Source: the human T2T-CHM13v2.0 reference genome, Homo sapiens. Taken from it: DNA of 64,000 bases. Below, in pieces: positions 1 to 15,417 of the stretch; positions within the stretch are counted from its first letter, which is position 1; each line of letters starts with the position of its first letter. A model generated the notes under the pieces. It did no database searches. It was not told the DNA's origin and saw only the letters and a list, made by a program, of their open reading frames with translations. The stretch is from assembly GCF_009914755.1 (NCBI RefSeq), contig NC_060939.1. One strand, written 5' to 3'. The position numbers and the translations under genes were made by a program.

Positions 1-3000
1 AAAAGACCCACCCACTCCTCTCCAGACAAGCAGGAACTAGCATAAGAATTCTGACACTATAGGCCGGGTGTGGTGGCTCACGCCTGTAATCCCAGCACTT
101 TGGGAGGCTGAGGCAGGCAGATCACGAGGTCAGGAGTTCGAGACTAGCCTGACCAACATGGTGAAACCCCGTCTCTACTAAAAATACAAAAATTAGCAGG
201 GCGTGGTGGCACGTGCCTGTAATCCCAGATACTCAGGAGGCTGAGGCAGGAGAATCACTTGAACCTGAAAGGTGGAGACTGCAGTTGAGCTGAGATTGTG
301 CTACTGCACTCCAGCCTGGGTGACAGAGCGAGACTCCAAGACTGTCTCGAAAAAAAAAAAATTCTGACACCAAAAATACCTGAATGTTGCAACACCACCA
401 AAAGATCACTCTAGTTCCTCCGCAATGGTTCCTGACCAAAAAAGAAACTCAGAAATGACAAGTAAGAATTTAAAGCATGGATTGCAAGGAAGCTCAATGA
501 GATTCAAGAAAAGATTAAAAATCAACACAAAGAAACTTCTAAAGGAATCCAGGAAATGAAGGAAGTGCTAAACATCATGAAAAGAAATCAATTAGAGCAC
601 TGGAAATAAAAAACTCACCAAAGAAATTTCAAAATACCACTGAAAGTTTTATCAATAGTCTAGACTAAGCAGAAGAAAAATTTTCAGAGCTTGAAGATCA
701 GTATTTTGAACTAACCCAGTCAGACAAAAAGAAATAAAAAATAATTAAGAAAAATGAACAAAGTATCAAAAAAATGGTATTATGTAAAGCAACCAAACCT
801 ATGAATTACTGGTATTCCTGAAAGAGAAGGAGAACAAGTTCACAACCTGGAAAACGTATTTGAAAAAATAATTCAAGAAAAATTTCCTAATTTTGCTAGA
901 GAGGTAGACATCCAAATTTAAAAAATCAAGAGAACACCTGCCAGATACCATACAAAATGAATACCATGAAGGCATATAGTCAACAGAGTGTCTAAGGTCA
1001 ATGCTAATAAAAGTATCTTATAGCCACCTAGAGAAAATGGTCAGATTATGTATGAAGGGAATCTCATCAGGCTTACAGCAGACCTCTCAGCAGAAACCTT
1101 TCAAACCAGAATAGATTGGAGGTCTATTTTCAGCACTGTCAAAGAAAATAAATTCCCACAAAGAATTTTCATATCCCACTAAACTAAGCTTCATAAGTAA
1201 GGGAGAAATAGAAAATTTTTCAGACAAGCAATCACTAAGGTAATTTATTACCACTATACCAGCCTTATAAGAGATCATTAAGGGAGTTCTAAATGTAGAA
1301 ACAAAAAAATGACACCTACTAACACAAAATTAAACTTAAGTATATAACCCACATACCCAATAAAGCAAGTACATAATAGAAGATAGAAAACAATAAGCTA
1401 AGAACTTTACAATAGAATCAAAATCTCACATATCAATACTTACTTTGAACGTATATTGTCTTAATGCCCCACTTAAAAGGAACAGAGTGGCAAGTTGACT
1501 TGAAAGACAAGACTTATCTCTCTACTTTCCTCAAGAGACCCATCTCACATATAATGACACCTAAAGTCTCAGGGTTGGAGAAAGATCTACCATGCAAAGG
1601 GAAAACAAGAAAAGAGCAACAGTAGCTATTCTTATAAGATAAAACAGACATTTAACTGCTAACAGTAAAAAAGGACAAAGAAGGCCCCACATAATGATAA
1701 AGGGTTCAATTCAACAAGAAGCCTTAACTTTCTTAAATATATACACATCCAATATTGAAGCACCCAGATTAATAAAACAAGTACTTATGGACCTATGAAA
1801 AGACTTAGCCACACAATATTAGTAGGAAACTTCAACACCCCACTGACAGCATTAGACAGATCATCAAGGCAGAAAACTGACACAGAAGTCCTGATCTTAA
1901 ATTCAACACTTGATCAGTTGGACCTAACAAATATCTACAGAGCACTCCACCCATCAACTAGAAATGTGCATTATTCTCATCTTCACATAGAACATACTCT
2001 AAGATCAACCACATGCTCAGCCATGAAGCAGGTCTCAATAAATTCAAAAAAAGTTAAATACTACCACAGTGGAATAACAACACAAATCAATATCAAGAAG
2101 ATCTCTCAAAACCAGAAAATCACATGAAAATTACACAACTTGCTCCTAAATAGTTTTTTGGTAAACAACTAAGTTAGACACAAATAAACAAAATATTTGG
2201 AATAAATGAAAATAGAGACACGACATACCCAAATTTCTGGTATGCAGCCAAAGCAATGTTAAGAGCAAAGTTGATAGCACTAAACACCTACATAGAGAAG
2301 TTACAAGGATCTCAAATTAACAATATAATATTACACCTAAAGGAACTAGAAAAATAAAAACAATATAACCCCAAAGCTAGTAGAAGACAAGAAGTAACTA
2401 AAATCAGAGCAGTTCTTAATGAAGTTGAGACCCAGAAATCCATAAAAAGGATCATCCAAGCCAAAAGCTGATTCTTTGAGAGGATAAACAATGTCAATAG
2501 ACCACTAGCTAGATTAATAAAGAGAAAAAAGGAGAAGATCCAAATAAACATGGTCAGAAATGACAAAGGAGATATTACAAACAATCCCACAAAAATACAA
2601 TAGATTCTCAGAGACTATTATGAACAACACTACACACACAAGTTAGAAAATCTAGAATAAATAATAAATTCCTAGAAATATAAAACTTCCCATGACTGAA
2701 GCAGGAAGAAATTGAAACCCTGAACAGACCAATATCAAATTCTGAAGTTAAATCAGTAATAATAATAATAAAAACCTATGTACCAAAAAGAACCCTGTAC
2801 CAGATGGATTCATAGTAAAATCTACCAGTTGAAGAGCTGGTACCAACCCTAGTTAAACTATTCAAAGAAACTGAGGAACCTTAGCGGGGCTTCTCCTCAC
2901 ATATTCTACCAAACCAACATCACTCTGATACCAAAATCTGGAAAAGACAAAAGGAAAAAAAAAACTGTAGGCCAAGATCCCTGATGAACACAGAGGCAAA

Positions 3001-5390
3001 AATTCTCAACAAAATTCTAGCAAACAAAATCCAGCAGTACATCAAAATGTGAATTCACCATGATCAAATAAGCTTTATTCCTGTGATGCAAGGTTGGTTC
3101 AGCGTACACAAATCAACAAATGTGGTTCACCACATAAATATAATTTTTTTAAAAAATATGATCAACTCAATAGATGCAGAAAAAGCATTTGATAAAATTC
3201 AACATCCCTTTATGATAAAAATCCTCAAAAAAGTAGGCACTGAAGGAACATACCTCAAAATAATAAGAGCCATCTATGACAAACCCACAGCCAATATCAT
3301 ACTAAAAGGGCAAAAGCTGGGAGCATTCCCCATAAGAACCAAAAAAAGGCAAGGATGCCCACACTCACCATTCCTATTTAACTAGTACTGGAAGTCCTAG
3401 CCAGAGCAATCAGGCAAGAAAAAGAAATAAAAGGCATACAAATAGTAAAAGAAGTCAAATTATCTCTCTTCACTAATGATATAATTCTATACCTAGAACA
3501 TCCTAAAGACTCTGCCAAAAGGTCTGTAAGACTGATAAACAACTCCAGTAGAGTTTCAGAATACAAAACCAATGTACAAAACTCAGTAGCATTTCTATAC
3601 ACCTATAATGTTAAAGCTGAGAGCCAAATTAAGAATGCAATCATATTTACAGAAGCCAAAAATAAAATACCCAGGAATGCAGCTAACCAGGGAGGTGAAA
3701 GATCTCTACAAGGAAAACTACAAAACACTGCTCAAAGAAATCATAGATGACATGAACAAACGGAAAAACATTCCACACTCACGGAATGGAAGAATCAACA
3801 TTGTTAAAAATGGCCATACTGCCCAAAGCAATCTACAAATTTAATGCTATTCCTATCAAACTACCAATACTATTTTTCACAGAAGTAGAAAAATCTATTC
3901 TAAAATTCATACAGAAACACAAAAGAGCCCAAATAGCCAAAGCAATCCCAAGCAAAAAGAACAAATTCAGAGACATCACATTACCTGACTTCTGACTACA
4001 CTATAAGGTTACAGTAACCAAAACAGCATGGTACTGGTTGAACAGCAGACACACAGACAAACAGAACAGGACAGATAAGCCAAAAATAAAGCTGCACACT
4101 TATAAACATCTGATCTTCAACAAGTAGACAAAACAAGCAATCAGGAAAGGACTCCCTATTCAATAAATGGTGTTGGGGTAACTGGCTAGCCATACGCTGA
4201 AGAACAAAACTGGACTTCTACCTATCACCATATACAAAGATTGACTCAAGATGGATTAAAGACAAATATAAGATGTAATACTATAAAAATCCTAGAAGAA
4301 AACCTAGGAAGTACCTTTCTGGACATTGGCCTTGGCAGAGAATTTACGACTAAGTCTGCAAAAGCAACTACAACAAAAATAGAAATTGACAAGCAGGATC
4401 TAATTAAACTAAAAAGCTTCTGCACAACATAGGAAACTATCAACAGCATAAACAGGCAACCTACAGAATAGGAGAAAATATTCACAAACTATTCATCCAA
4501 CAAAGGCCCAATATCCAAAATCTATAAACTTAAGATTTAAGCAATTCAACAAAGAAGAAATAATCCCATTAAAATGTGGATAAAGGAAAAGAACAGCCAA
4601 TTCTCAAAAGAAGACATACACGCAGCAAACATGTGAAAAAATGCTCAACATCACCAATCATTAGAGAAATGCAAATCAAAACCACAAAGACATACTATCT
4701 CACATCAATCTGAGTGTGCATTATTAAAGAGTCAAAAACAATGGATGCTGGCAAGGCTGCAGAGAAAAAAGAATGCTTATGCACTGTTGGTGGAAATGTT
4801 TATTAGTTCAGCCACTGTGGAAAACAGTTTAGAGATTTCTCAAATAACTTAAAAAACAGAACTACCATTAGACCCAGGAATCCCATAACAAGGCGTGTTT
4901 ACCCAAAGGAAAATAAGTCGTTCTATCAAAAAGACACATGTACTTGTATGTTCATCACAGCACTGTTCACAATAGCAAAGACATGGAATCAACCTAACTA
5001 CCCATCAATGGTGAACTGGATGAAGAAAATGTGGTACATATACAACATGGAATACTATACAGCTATAAAAAGGAACAAAATCATGTCCTTTGCAGCAATG
5101 TGGTTGCAGCTGGAGGCCATTAATCTAAGCTAATTAACACAGAAACAGAAAACCAAATACCACATGTTCTCACTTATAAGTGGGAGCTAAACATTGAATA
5201 CATATAGATATAAAGATGAGAACAATAGACACTGGGGACTACTAGATAGAAGAGGGAGGTGTTGGGGGTGAGGACTGAAAAACTCACTATACTATACTTA
5301 CTACCTGGATGACAGGATCTTTCATACAATATACCCACGTAACGAACCTGCACGTGCACTCCCTGAACCTAAAGTAAATGTTGCAATTTT
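1..5390 (+). mobile_element. Near full-length decayed L1 (L1PA15/16-like): ORF1 remnant, ORF2 remnant, 3'UTR
   Basis: ORF fragments GNFNTPLTALDRSSRQK (EN), [15 protein letters not shown] (RT), MFITALFTIAKTWNQP; many stops and frameshifts. Confidence 0.93.
62..360 (+). mobile_element. AluS inserted in the L1 5' region
   Basis: Full dimer with A tail; TSD aattctgacac at 47-57 and 360-370. Confidence 0.97.
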
Positions 5391-5508
5391 TGTAAATGAT
5401 GCATATGAGCCATAGCAATAAAAAGTATATTTTTAAGTAACTGTAGGTTGTTCGCATGAGTTTATATAGTGCAATCAGTACTATTTCAATATTAAAATCA
5501 TAATCAGA

Positions 5509-5845
<337 letters not shown>

Positions 5846-6037
5846 TTAGCTTTCAAATCCCTAAACTATTAAATTCCTCTCAGGGAGTGACTCAACATAG
5901 AAAAACACAATATTTTTATATTAAAGACAAATTGATACAACTATTTGCATACTCTGCATTCAGATAAGTATTTATAATCACACATTAAGCCCATCACTTT
6001 GTAAAATTTTAGAATTAGAAAGTCTCTTACAAGTCAT

Positions 6038-6529
6038 TGTGATAGACTGAATACTGGTGCAAAATATATACATGTTCTAATCCCTGGAACCTGTAAATGT
6101 TACCTTACAAGGCAAAAGCATATTGCAAATGTGATAGTTAAAGATCTTCGGTGGGGGTTAAGATTAAAGATCTTAACTTAATCCCCACTTAAAATAAGGA
6201 GATTATCCCATGGGCTGTAAGTGTCCTTGTAAGAGGGCAGCTGAGGGAAATTTGACTATAGAAAATGAGAAAGCAATTCAAAAACAGAAGCAGAGATTGG
6301 AGTGATACAACCATAAGCTAAGGAATACTGGCAACCTCCAGAAGACAGAAGAGGCAAGGAATAGATTCTCCTCTGGGCCCTCCTAAAGACATTGGTCCTG
6401 CTGACACCTTGATTTTAGCCCTGTAAGACTCATTTGGGGCTCCTGGCCGCCACAGCTAAGAAAATTAATTTCTATTGCTTTAAGCCACTAAATATATAAT
6501 TTTTACAACAGTAGTAGGAGACTAATACA
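6038..6529 (+). mobile_element. MLT1 (MLT1D-like) MaLR solo LTR
   Basis: TG...CA ends, atccctggaacctgtaaatgttacc motif, TSD gtcat/gtcac. Confidence 0.85.
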
Positions 6530-8651
6530 GTCACTTAATCTATTAGTGCTCAAATTTGCTGGTAAGTGATGGTATTCTTTTAAGATCTCCATGATTTTTC
6601 TTGGGAAGTGAAGGGAAAAGGGAAAAACTCTATAATATGTTGACATATTTAATTTTATTAAATGAGCCATGAGCATTTTTTTCTACCAGAAATGATGACA
6701 TATTCTATTTGTGGTACACAAATTATACCAATGGTTAAAATTAAAATGTTGAACAAGGTGAATAAAGGGAACTTCTAAACATTTTCTATGAATATCCTGC
6801 CTTCAGGAGATGAAGGAGATTAAGTGTCAAACTATTTGGAAAATTTCTGAGAGAATATCATTGTGTGATGCTGGAAGAAAGGAAAATAAAAGCCATACAA
6901 AATATATTTAGGTTCAGATTAATTTGTGCTAAATAGTGGACTGGAAGATAATTTTTTTCTTTCTTAAATATTAATACATTTATCTTCCTTAGGAAATATA
7001 AATCAGATGAGTTAATAGTAATAAAACCCTCACTTATTTGAATTAGTTAAAAATAATTGAAATTATGGTCAATAAAAGATGAGATCCTGAAGGCAGGTGG
7101 CTCTCACACATAAATGCATGGACAGGGAGTTTTAAAGGAAGACTTAGTGCAAGTCCAGGAGTCTAATCATTAAGTACATCTTGTCTGTTCTCAAATGAGG
7201 CTTTGCAACTTAATTAAACAACTTCTAATTTCTTCTTAGAAAAAGTTACTGAAAATCAGAATCCAGAAAAAATCAAATCATGGTTTGAGAGAAGTTGTAA
7301 GTATAAGATTTATCAAAAGACACATCCACCACAAGTGAGAACATTTGGATCATAAAAGTAGAAACAGAAACTAAAGAATGGGGGATACACAATGTTACCA
7401 CCATTTTATTCTTTGTCCATATTTAAAAGCCTCTTATCTTTTTCTTAAGGGCCCTGTACTAAAACATGCTTGATTTCATAAAATCATGTAGGTGGACTAG
7501 GCACTCTCAGTAAATAGTTAAAATAAAAGCCATAGAAGAATAGGCTAACTGAAAGAATATGGGTAGCAGAAACAGCTGTTTTTGTGATCTTTAGACAATT
7601 TAATTGCAACATGCCTAATCATTAACTTTTTGCTGCAAATAAGAAAAAACCTGTCAGAACATCACTGTTTGATAACAATTTAAGAATCACTGTCTTAAAA
7701 TAATCAAGACCTAATCAACCTCTTCATGTGATATACAACCCAGCTGTCAACCTGAGAGGCTGAGTGGCTTGCTGAGATCACCCAGGTAATCAGTAGCATA
7801 TTCTGGACATGAAGCCAAGTATCCTTATTCCCAGTCTACTAGTGATAGTTTCTTTCTATCAAACTTTACACATGTGTTTGTGAGTAAGATAGGTCAAGAT
7901 TAAATATAAATATTTGGCAAATTTGTGAATTTAGGCTTGTTTATATATTCATCATGAAAGACACCTTTTTATTTTGGGTATGGCTTTCTCATGAAAACAT
8001 TTACAAACTCCAAAGTATTTACTATGATTTCTGATTTACAAATTGCTAATGCAACAAAGTATTTGAATATGACTTGTGTTTTGAAATGCTAAATATTAAA
8101 CTTAAAAACACCCAGTGAGATTCCTACCATCTTCATTTCACACTACCCAGGGACATTACTTATTTGAATCAATCCTATCCATCAGTTAGTACAATAACAG
8201 AAAAGCACAGCAAGCATTTGATTCATAATTTTATGTATTGTGCTTTACTGTAACAGGTGCTTAGTCCTTGGGCATAAAATAAACTTGTAAAGTCCGCTTA
8301 AATGGATCAAGATTCATTATAAAGTAAAAGAAAAGTCATAAATAATTTTGTAGGTAAACAGAAAAAAAAACAGGAACATACATAGAATGACTCAGTAGTT
8401 TTAAAATTATTAATATGCAAACAAAGTTCCTGTAGTCACTAAGGAGATTATGTAAGACCTTGATGCCAGGGAATACAATATTTTGAGGGGTTAATAAGAG
8501 CATAACTTTCAAAATATTACTAATACTCTACACCAACTTTGCTTTCAAAAGTAACAAAATATATTCTCATATGGGTTTAAATAAAATAACGATTTTTTCT
8601 ATTTCATTCACTTTAAAAATAATTAGCATAACTGTTAATTTCAATGCTTAC

Positions 8652-8753
8652 CTGAAAAAATGCATCCTTTCGACTTAGAGGTATGCTCATGAAAAGTGTC
8701 ACATAACTTTCTGAAATTCTATCGAATAAGCAATCTTGGTTTTCTCTGTCAGG
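8652..8753 (-). CDS. FAM227B: FAM227B coding exon, [34 protein letters not shown] (102 nt); CDS continues beyond window
   Basis: ttttttaag acceptor, CAG|gtaagc donor; within ORF 8613..8831. Confidence 0.95.
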
Positions 8754-8849
8754 CTTAAAAAAATGTGTGAAATTAAAGTCAATATTACAATTTAAAACTG
8801 GAATTTGTTTACATGATGACAGCAATTTCATTTATTCTCATGAGCAGAT

Positions 8850-9110
8850 CAATTGGTACAGGAGAATCAGCATGGGTTTTCGCATAATGCAGACCCAAAT
8901 TTTAACACTGGCTGTTATGCATTGGCTGTATTACCCTGGGCAAGTTAATTAAGTCCCGGGTTTCTCATCTGTCAAATGTAGGTAATATATACTTATCTTA
9001 AAGGCGTGCAGTAAAATTAAATAAGGACAGGGATCATATTTTTGTAACTTTTTATTTCAAGGCCTTAGCACAGTACCTGGCAACAAAAAGCATGCAAACA
9101 TTTGATGAGT
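8850..9110. mobile_element. Degenerate MIR followed by L2 fragment
   Basis: ctgggcaagttaattaa...tttctcatctgtcaaatg MIR core; ccttagcacagtacctggca L2-like end. Confidence 0.6.
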
Positions 9111-9114
9111 TAAT

Positions 9115-12100
9115 TATCCTTACATTCCAGGAATAAATCCCATTGGTTATGGTGTATAATCCTTTTAATATGCTGTTGCTTTTGATTTGCTAGTATTTTG
9201 TTGAGGATTTTTGTCTCAAAATTCACCATAAAAGATATTGGTAGTTTCTTTTTATTGCAGTGTCTTTTTGGGCTTTAGTATCAGAGTAATACCTTCTAAC
9301 TTACAGGTTGAGTTAGAAAATGTTTCCTCTTCAACTTTTTGAAAGAGTTTCAGAAGGACTGGTGTTTATTCTTCTTTAAATGTTGGTAGAATTCCCCAGT
9401 GACGCCATCTGGTACAGGGCTTTTCTTTGATGGGAGGTTTTTGATTACTGATTTAATCTCCTTAATAGTTACAATCTAGATTTTCTATTTCTTTATGATT
9501 CCATCTTGTTAGATTGTATGTTTCTAAGAATTTGTCTATTTCAACTACATTATTCCAATTTGTTGGCATATATTCATTTACAACACTCTTATAATCCTTT
9601 CAACCTCCATAAAATTGAAAATATTGCCCCCACTTTTTTATAATTTTAGTAATTATAGTCTTCCCTATTTTTTAATAGTCATTCTAGCTAAAGGTTTGTC
9701 CATTTTGTTCTTCTCAGAGACAGAACTTCTAGTTTTATTTTTTTTCTGTTTTTCTATTCTTTATTTCATTTATCTCTGCTGCAATATGTATTATTTCCTT
9801 CCTTCTGTTAACTTAGGATTTAATTTGTTCTGTTTCCGGTTACTTAATGTGTGAGACGGTGTGGTTGATTTCAGATCTTTCTTCTTTGATTTTTAATGTT
9901 TTATTATTTTGAACGTATAAATCATAATTGTGTTTATTTATAGGGTACAATGTATCATTTTGATAAATGTATACAATGTGAAATGATTAAATCAAGCTAC
10001 TTAATATATCCATTATCTCAGTTACTTATAATTTGTTGAGGTGAGACATTTAAAATTTACCTTCTTAGCAATTTTGAAGTATACAATATAGTACTATTAA
10101 TTGTAGTGACCATGTTGTGCTATGGATCTCAAAAAGTTATTCCTCCTGTCTCACTGAAACTCTTTACCCTTTGAACATGTGCCCATTGCCATTCAGCCCA
10201 GCCTCTGTAACTACTGCTCTGCTCTCTACTTCTGTGAGTTCAACTTTTTTAGGTTCCACATATAAGTGAGATCATGTGATGTTTGTCTTTATGAGCCTGG
10301 CTTATTCCACTTAGCAAAATGTTCTCCAGGTTCATTCAGGTTGTCACAAATGTTAGGATTTCCTTTTTTCAAGGCCCAAGCATATTCTATTGTGTACTTA
10401 CACCACATTATCCATTCATTCGTTGACAGACAATTAGGTTGATTTCCATGATGGACACTTAGGTTGATTTCCTGTCTTAGCTATTGTGCTGCAATGAACG
10501 TGGAAATAGAGTTATGTATTTGACATATTGATTTCAATTTCTTTGGATGTATATCCAGAAGTGGGATTACTGGAGCATGTGGTAGTTCTATTTTTAGTTT
10601 TTGAGAAATCCATACTGTTTTCCATATTAGCTGTAGCAATTCATATTTCCAATCATATACAAGCATTTCCTTTTCTCCATAACCTCACCAAAACTTGTTA
10701 TCTTTCATCTTTTTGATAACAGTCATGTGAGATAAAATCTCACACATCAAACAGTTGTGTGAGATGACATCCCATGGTGGTTTTGGTTTGTATTCCCCTA
10801 ACGATTAGTGATGTTGAGCAGTTTTTCAAATACTGTTCACATAGCTATTTGTATGTCTTCCTTTGAGAAGTGTTTAGAGCCTCTGCCCATTTTAAAAATT
10901 TTATCAAATTATTTTATCAAATTTGAAATGTATTATTTATTGTGGTCACCATGCAGTATAATAGATCATTAAAACTTATTTCTCTGGTGTAAGTGAAACT
11001 TTGCACCTTTTGATCATCTCACCTTTCCCCATTTCTCCCCACCCTCGGCCTCTGATAACTACCTTTCTGCTGTTTCTATGAGATTGACTTTTTTAAATTC
11101 CACATGTAAGTGAGATCATACAGTATTTGTCTTTCTGTGACTGGCTTATTTCAGTTAGCAAAACATCCAGTTCCATCTAGGTTGTTGGAAATTACAGGAT
11201 ATCCTTCTTTTTAAAGGCTATATATTTTTATATTATATATAATATATAAATATATTTAAATATATATTAAATATTACATATGCATTTATATAATTTATTA
11301 ATATTATTATGAATATATTTAATATTACACATTAAATATATATTATATATAATTATATACCAAATCTTCTTTATCCATTCATCCATTGATGGACATTCAG
11401 GTTGCTTTCATATCTCGGTTATTGCAATTAATGCTAAAATGAACATGAAAATGCAAATCTTTTCAACACAGCAGTTTAAACTCCTTTGGATATAAACAGA
11501 AATGGGATTGCTGGATCTTACGGTGATTCTACTTTCAGTTTTTTTGTGGAAACTTCATACTATTTTCCAAAATGACTACTAATTTACTTTGTTCCTTTTA
11601 AAATCAGGTTGTTTTCCTGCTATTAAATTGTTTAAATTGCTTATATATTTTGGACATTAACCCCTTATCAGATGTATGGTTTTCAAATATTTTCTCCCAT
11701 TCTACAGGTTCTCTCTTCAATCTATTGACTGTTTGCTTTGCTCTGCTGAAGCTTTTTAGTTTGACGCAATTCCATTTGTCTATTTTTTGCTTTTGTTGCC
11801 TGTACATTTGGCTTCATACTCAAAAAATCACCGTACAAACCAACGTCATGGAGCTTTTCCTCTGTTTTCTTCTAGTAGTTTTACAGTTTCAGATCTGATA
11901 TTTAAGTCTTTAATTCATGCTGACTTTTGTATATTATGTGAAATAAGGGTTCAATTTCCGTCTTCTGCATGTGGATACTCAGTTATCCCAACAACAGTTA
12001 TTGGAGACTGTCCATTCTCTGTTATGTGTTCTTGGCGCCTTTGTTGAAAACCAATTAGTTGTAAACGCGTAGATTCATTTGGGGGCTCTCTTTTCTGTTC

Positions 12101-14480
12101 TATGCGTATATGTGTCTGTTTTTATGCCAATACTCTGCTTTTTTTGGTTACTACAGCATTGTAGTATATTTTGAAGTTAGGTAGGGTGATACTTCAAGCT
12201 TTGTTCTTTTTGCTCAAGATTGCTCAGACTATTCAGGGATCTTCTGCAGTTCCATATAAATTTTAGGACTGTTTTCTTCTATCTCTGTTTAAACATCACT
12301 GGAATTTTGTTAGGGATTGCATTGATTCTGTAGGTTGCTTTGGGTAGTATAGACATTTTAATAATACTAATTCTTTCAATCTATAAACACAGGATATCTT
12401 TCCATTTATTTGTGTCATTTTCAATTTCTTTCATCAGTATTTTATATTTCTAGTATACAGATCTCTCACCTCCTTGGTTAAGTTTAAATCTAAGTATTTT
12501 ACTTTTTGTTATTACTATTGTAAACAGAATTGTTTTCTTGATTTCTTTTTTGTATAATTCATTGTTAGTGTACAGAAATGCTACTAATTTTTGAATGTTG
12601 ATTTTGTATCCTGCAACTTAATTCATACATTTCTAACAGTTTTTTGGTGGAATCTTTAGGATTTTCTGTATATAAGATGTTGTTACAAACAGAGATATTT
12701 CACTTCTTCCTTTTCTATTAGGATACTTTTATTTCTTTCTCTGGCCTAATTGCTATGGCTTTCTTCTTTTTTAATGTAAGAATTTACAGCTATAAATTTC
12801 CCTCTTTGCACTGCTTGTGCTGCATCTCATAAGTTTTGGTATGTTGTGTTTTTGTTTTCATTTGTCTCAAGGTATTTTCTGATTTCCTTTTTGATTTGTT
12901 CTTTGACCCATTGGTTGTTCAGGAACAATGGGAACTCAATATATTAACAATGGGAGTATAAAATTGTACATTCACCTGGAAAAACAATGTGACATTTTCT
13001 CATTAAGCTGATCATTTTCATACCAAACAACCCACAATTCCTTTCCTTCTTTATATGTCTTATACCTTCTGTTTGAGAGCAGGGCACTTTCATAGGCCTG
13101 TAGAAACTGAGGTATATAATATTTATGCTTGGGAATAGGCATTCCTCTTCTTTTGCTAAGCCTTTAGGAGCTGGACTCAAGTCAAGTAATGAGCTGTATT
13201 TGGGTTTTGTTTCTTCTATGGTCACTCAGTGAAACACAGGCTTCAATTTGCTCTTGTGCTACCTCATTTTTAGAATTCTCAAATAACCAACTTTTGGCCT
13301 AATTGAGTTTCTTTATTTTCTCTTTTCAATGTTATTAATTTTCTCTCTGATCTTTATTATTTTATTTTCTTCTGCTTTCCATAGGTTTGGCTTTTTTTTT
13401 TCTTTTTCCACTTTCTTAAGGTAGAAGCTGAACTTTCTCTTTCTGGAGAACTTTCTCTTTTTTCTAATGCAGGCATTTTAATTCTATGATTTTCTCTCTA
13501 AATACTGCTTTAGTTATATCTCACACATTTTAATCTGTTTTCATTTTCATTTAGTTCAAAATAATTTTTGATTTCCTTATTGATTCCTGATTTGATCCAT
13601 GGTAACTGAGAATTGTGTTCATTTCCAAATATTTGGGGATTTTCTAGATATGTTATTATTTTATAATATAATTCCATGTTGATCTGAAAACACTGTGTTT
13701 GACTTAAATTCTTATAAACTTATTAGGATATTTTCCTAGCTCAGAATGTAGTTAATCTTAGCAACTGTTTAATGTGGACTTGAGAAAAATGTGTATTCTG
13801 CTGTTATTGGGAGGTGCTACGATTTGAATGTGTCCCCCAAAGTTCATGTATTGAAAACTTGATCCCCAATGCAGTGGTGTTGGGAGATGAGGCCTAATGG
13901 GAGGTGTTTGGGTCTTGGGGACATTACCCTCATGAACAGATTATGCCATTATCACAGAAGTGGGTTTGTTATCATAGGAGGGGCCCTCTTGCTTGTTCCC
14001 TCTCTCACTCTTCTACTTGCTGCCAAGGGATGATGCAGCAAAAAGGCCTTCACCACATGCCGGTCCCTCTATCTTGGACTTCCCAGCCTACTGTGAGCCA
14101 ATTCATTCTGTTCATTATAAATCACCATTCTGTTATTGTAGCACAAAACCAACTAATACAAGAGAGATGTTTAATAAATGTCAATTAGTCAAGTTGCTTG
14201 ACAGTGTTGTTCAAGCCTTCTATATCATACTGTATCCTTACTGATTTTCTGTATATTCTACCAACTATTCAAAGAAGGGGCTGAAGTCTCTATACGTACT
14301 GATTTGTGTATTTCTCTTTGAAGTATTAAGTTTTTATTAAATGTGTTTTGAAGCATTTTTATTAGGTGCATAAATATTTGGAATTGTTATGTTAGGTTGA
14401 TGAATTGACCACTTCAACATTATAAAATTACTTTCTTTATCCCTGGCAACATTGCTTTGAAATCTACTTTGTATGATGGA
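9115..14480 (-). mobile_element. Nested old L1M/L1MA fragments (two L1MA 3' ends at ~9890 and ~10920 within an older L1M ORF2)
   Basis: T-rich L1 antisense sequence; ORF 11604..11807 resembles ORF2 (KIDKWNCVKLKSF...WEKIF); AT-rich tract 11220-11360. Confidence 0.85.
13815..14160 (+). mobile_element. MST (MSTB-like) MaLR LTR
   Basis: tgctacgatttgaatgtgtcccccaaagttcatg start; aactaataca end. Confidence 0.85.
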
Positions 14481-14702
14481 TTAAAAAAAAACTGACTTTG
14501 TAAGTTAAATGCCTTCCTTTTGTTGCTGTTTAGAGGGGAATGATGCACTTTCCAGGTATTTGTCTTTTTTGTAGTTAAGGTCCCAAGAGCAATTTTTTTT
14601 AAACATTAAGGGTATTATAATATTATTACTGAAATTCTTCCAGTAAAACACAGTTTCAGGTGCTGTTTATTTCTTCTCTTATTGATTCCCAGATACCCCC
14701 TC

Positions 14703-15067
14703 TGATATGGTTTGGCTCTGTCTCCCCAAACAAATCTCATCTTGAATTGTAATCCCCACATGTCGAGGGAGGGACTGGGAGGGAGGTGACTGAATCATGG
14801 GAGTGGTTTCCCCCACGATGTTCTCGTAATAGTCAGTGAGTTCTCATGAGATCTGTGGTTTAAAAAGTGTGGCACTTGCCCTTCCCTTTCTGTCTTTCCT
14901 GCATTCCTGTGAAGAAGGTGCCTGCTTCCCTTTTGCCTTCCACCATGATTGTAAGTTTCCTGAGGCCTCCACACCATGCGGAAATACGAGTCAATTAAAT
15001 CTCTTTCCTTCATAAATTGCTCAGTCTTAGGTGGTTCTTTATAACAGTGTGAAAACAGACTAATACA
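14703..15067 (+). mobile_element. MSTA/THE1-family MaLR solo LTR
   Basis: tgatatggtttggctctgt start, ccatgattgtaagtttcctgaggcctcc, gactaataca end; TSD ccctc/ccttc. Confidence 0.92.
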
Positions 15068-15417
15068 CCTTCTTTATCTGTTCAATCCTAATCAGAATTC
15101 TCACCTTTCTAATTCTGGATCTTCTGATTAAAAATCTGACTTAGACTCTAATTATATAATATGTGATATATATTATGATAGATATAATATATGAAGTCTA
15201 ATTTCAAAGATCCAGAATCTTTTGAAATCTATATTAAAGTTTTAACTCCTCTGAAAGAACTCTAGACATCATATAGGATTTCTAATGTGTGGAATGCTCA
15301 AAAACTAATCTCTGTAGTTGCATCCAGAAAAACATTTTTGTACTAGACTTATCTCTATTGAAAAATTAATTATGCCAAAAATCAACTTAAAAAATAAATT
15401 TTTAAAAATCACTATAC

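Noticed and set aside
11220-11360. Very AT-rich quasi-palindromic tract
   Set aside because: Degenerate (TA)n expansion at a usual position within an L1MA 3' region.
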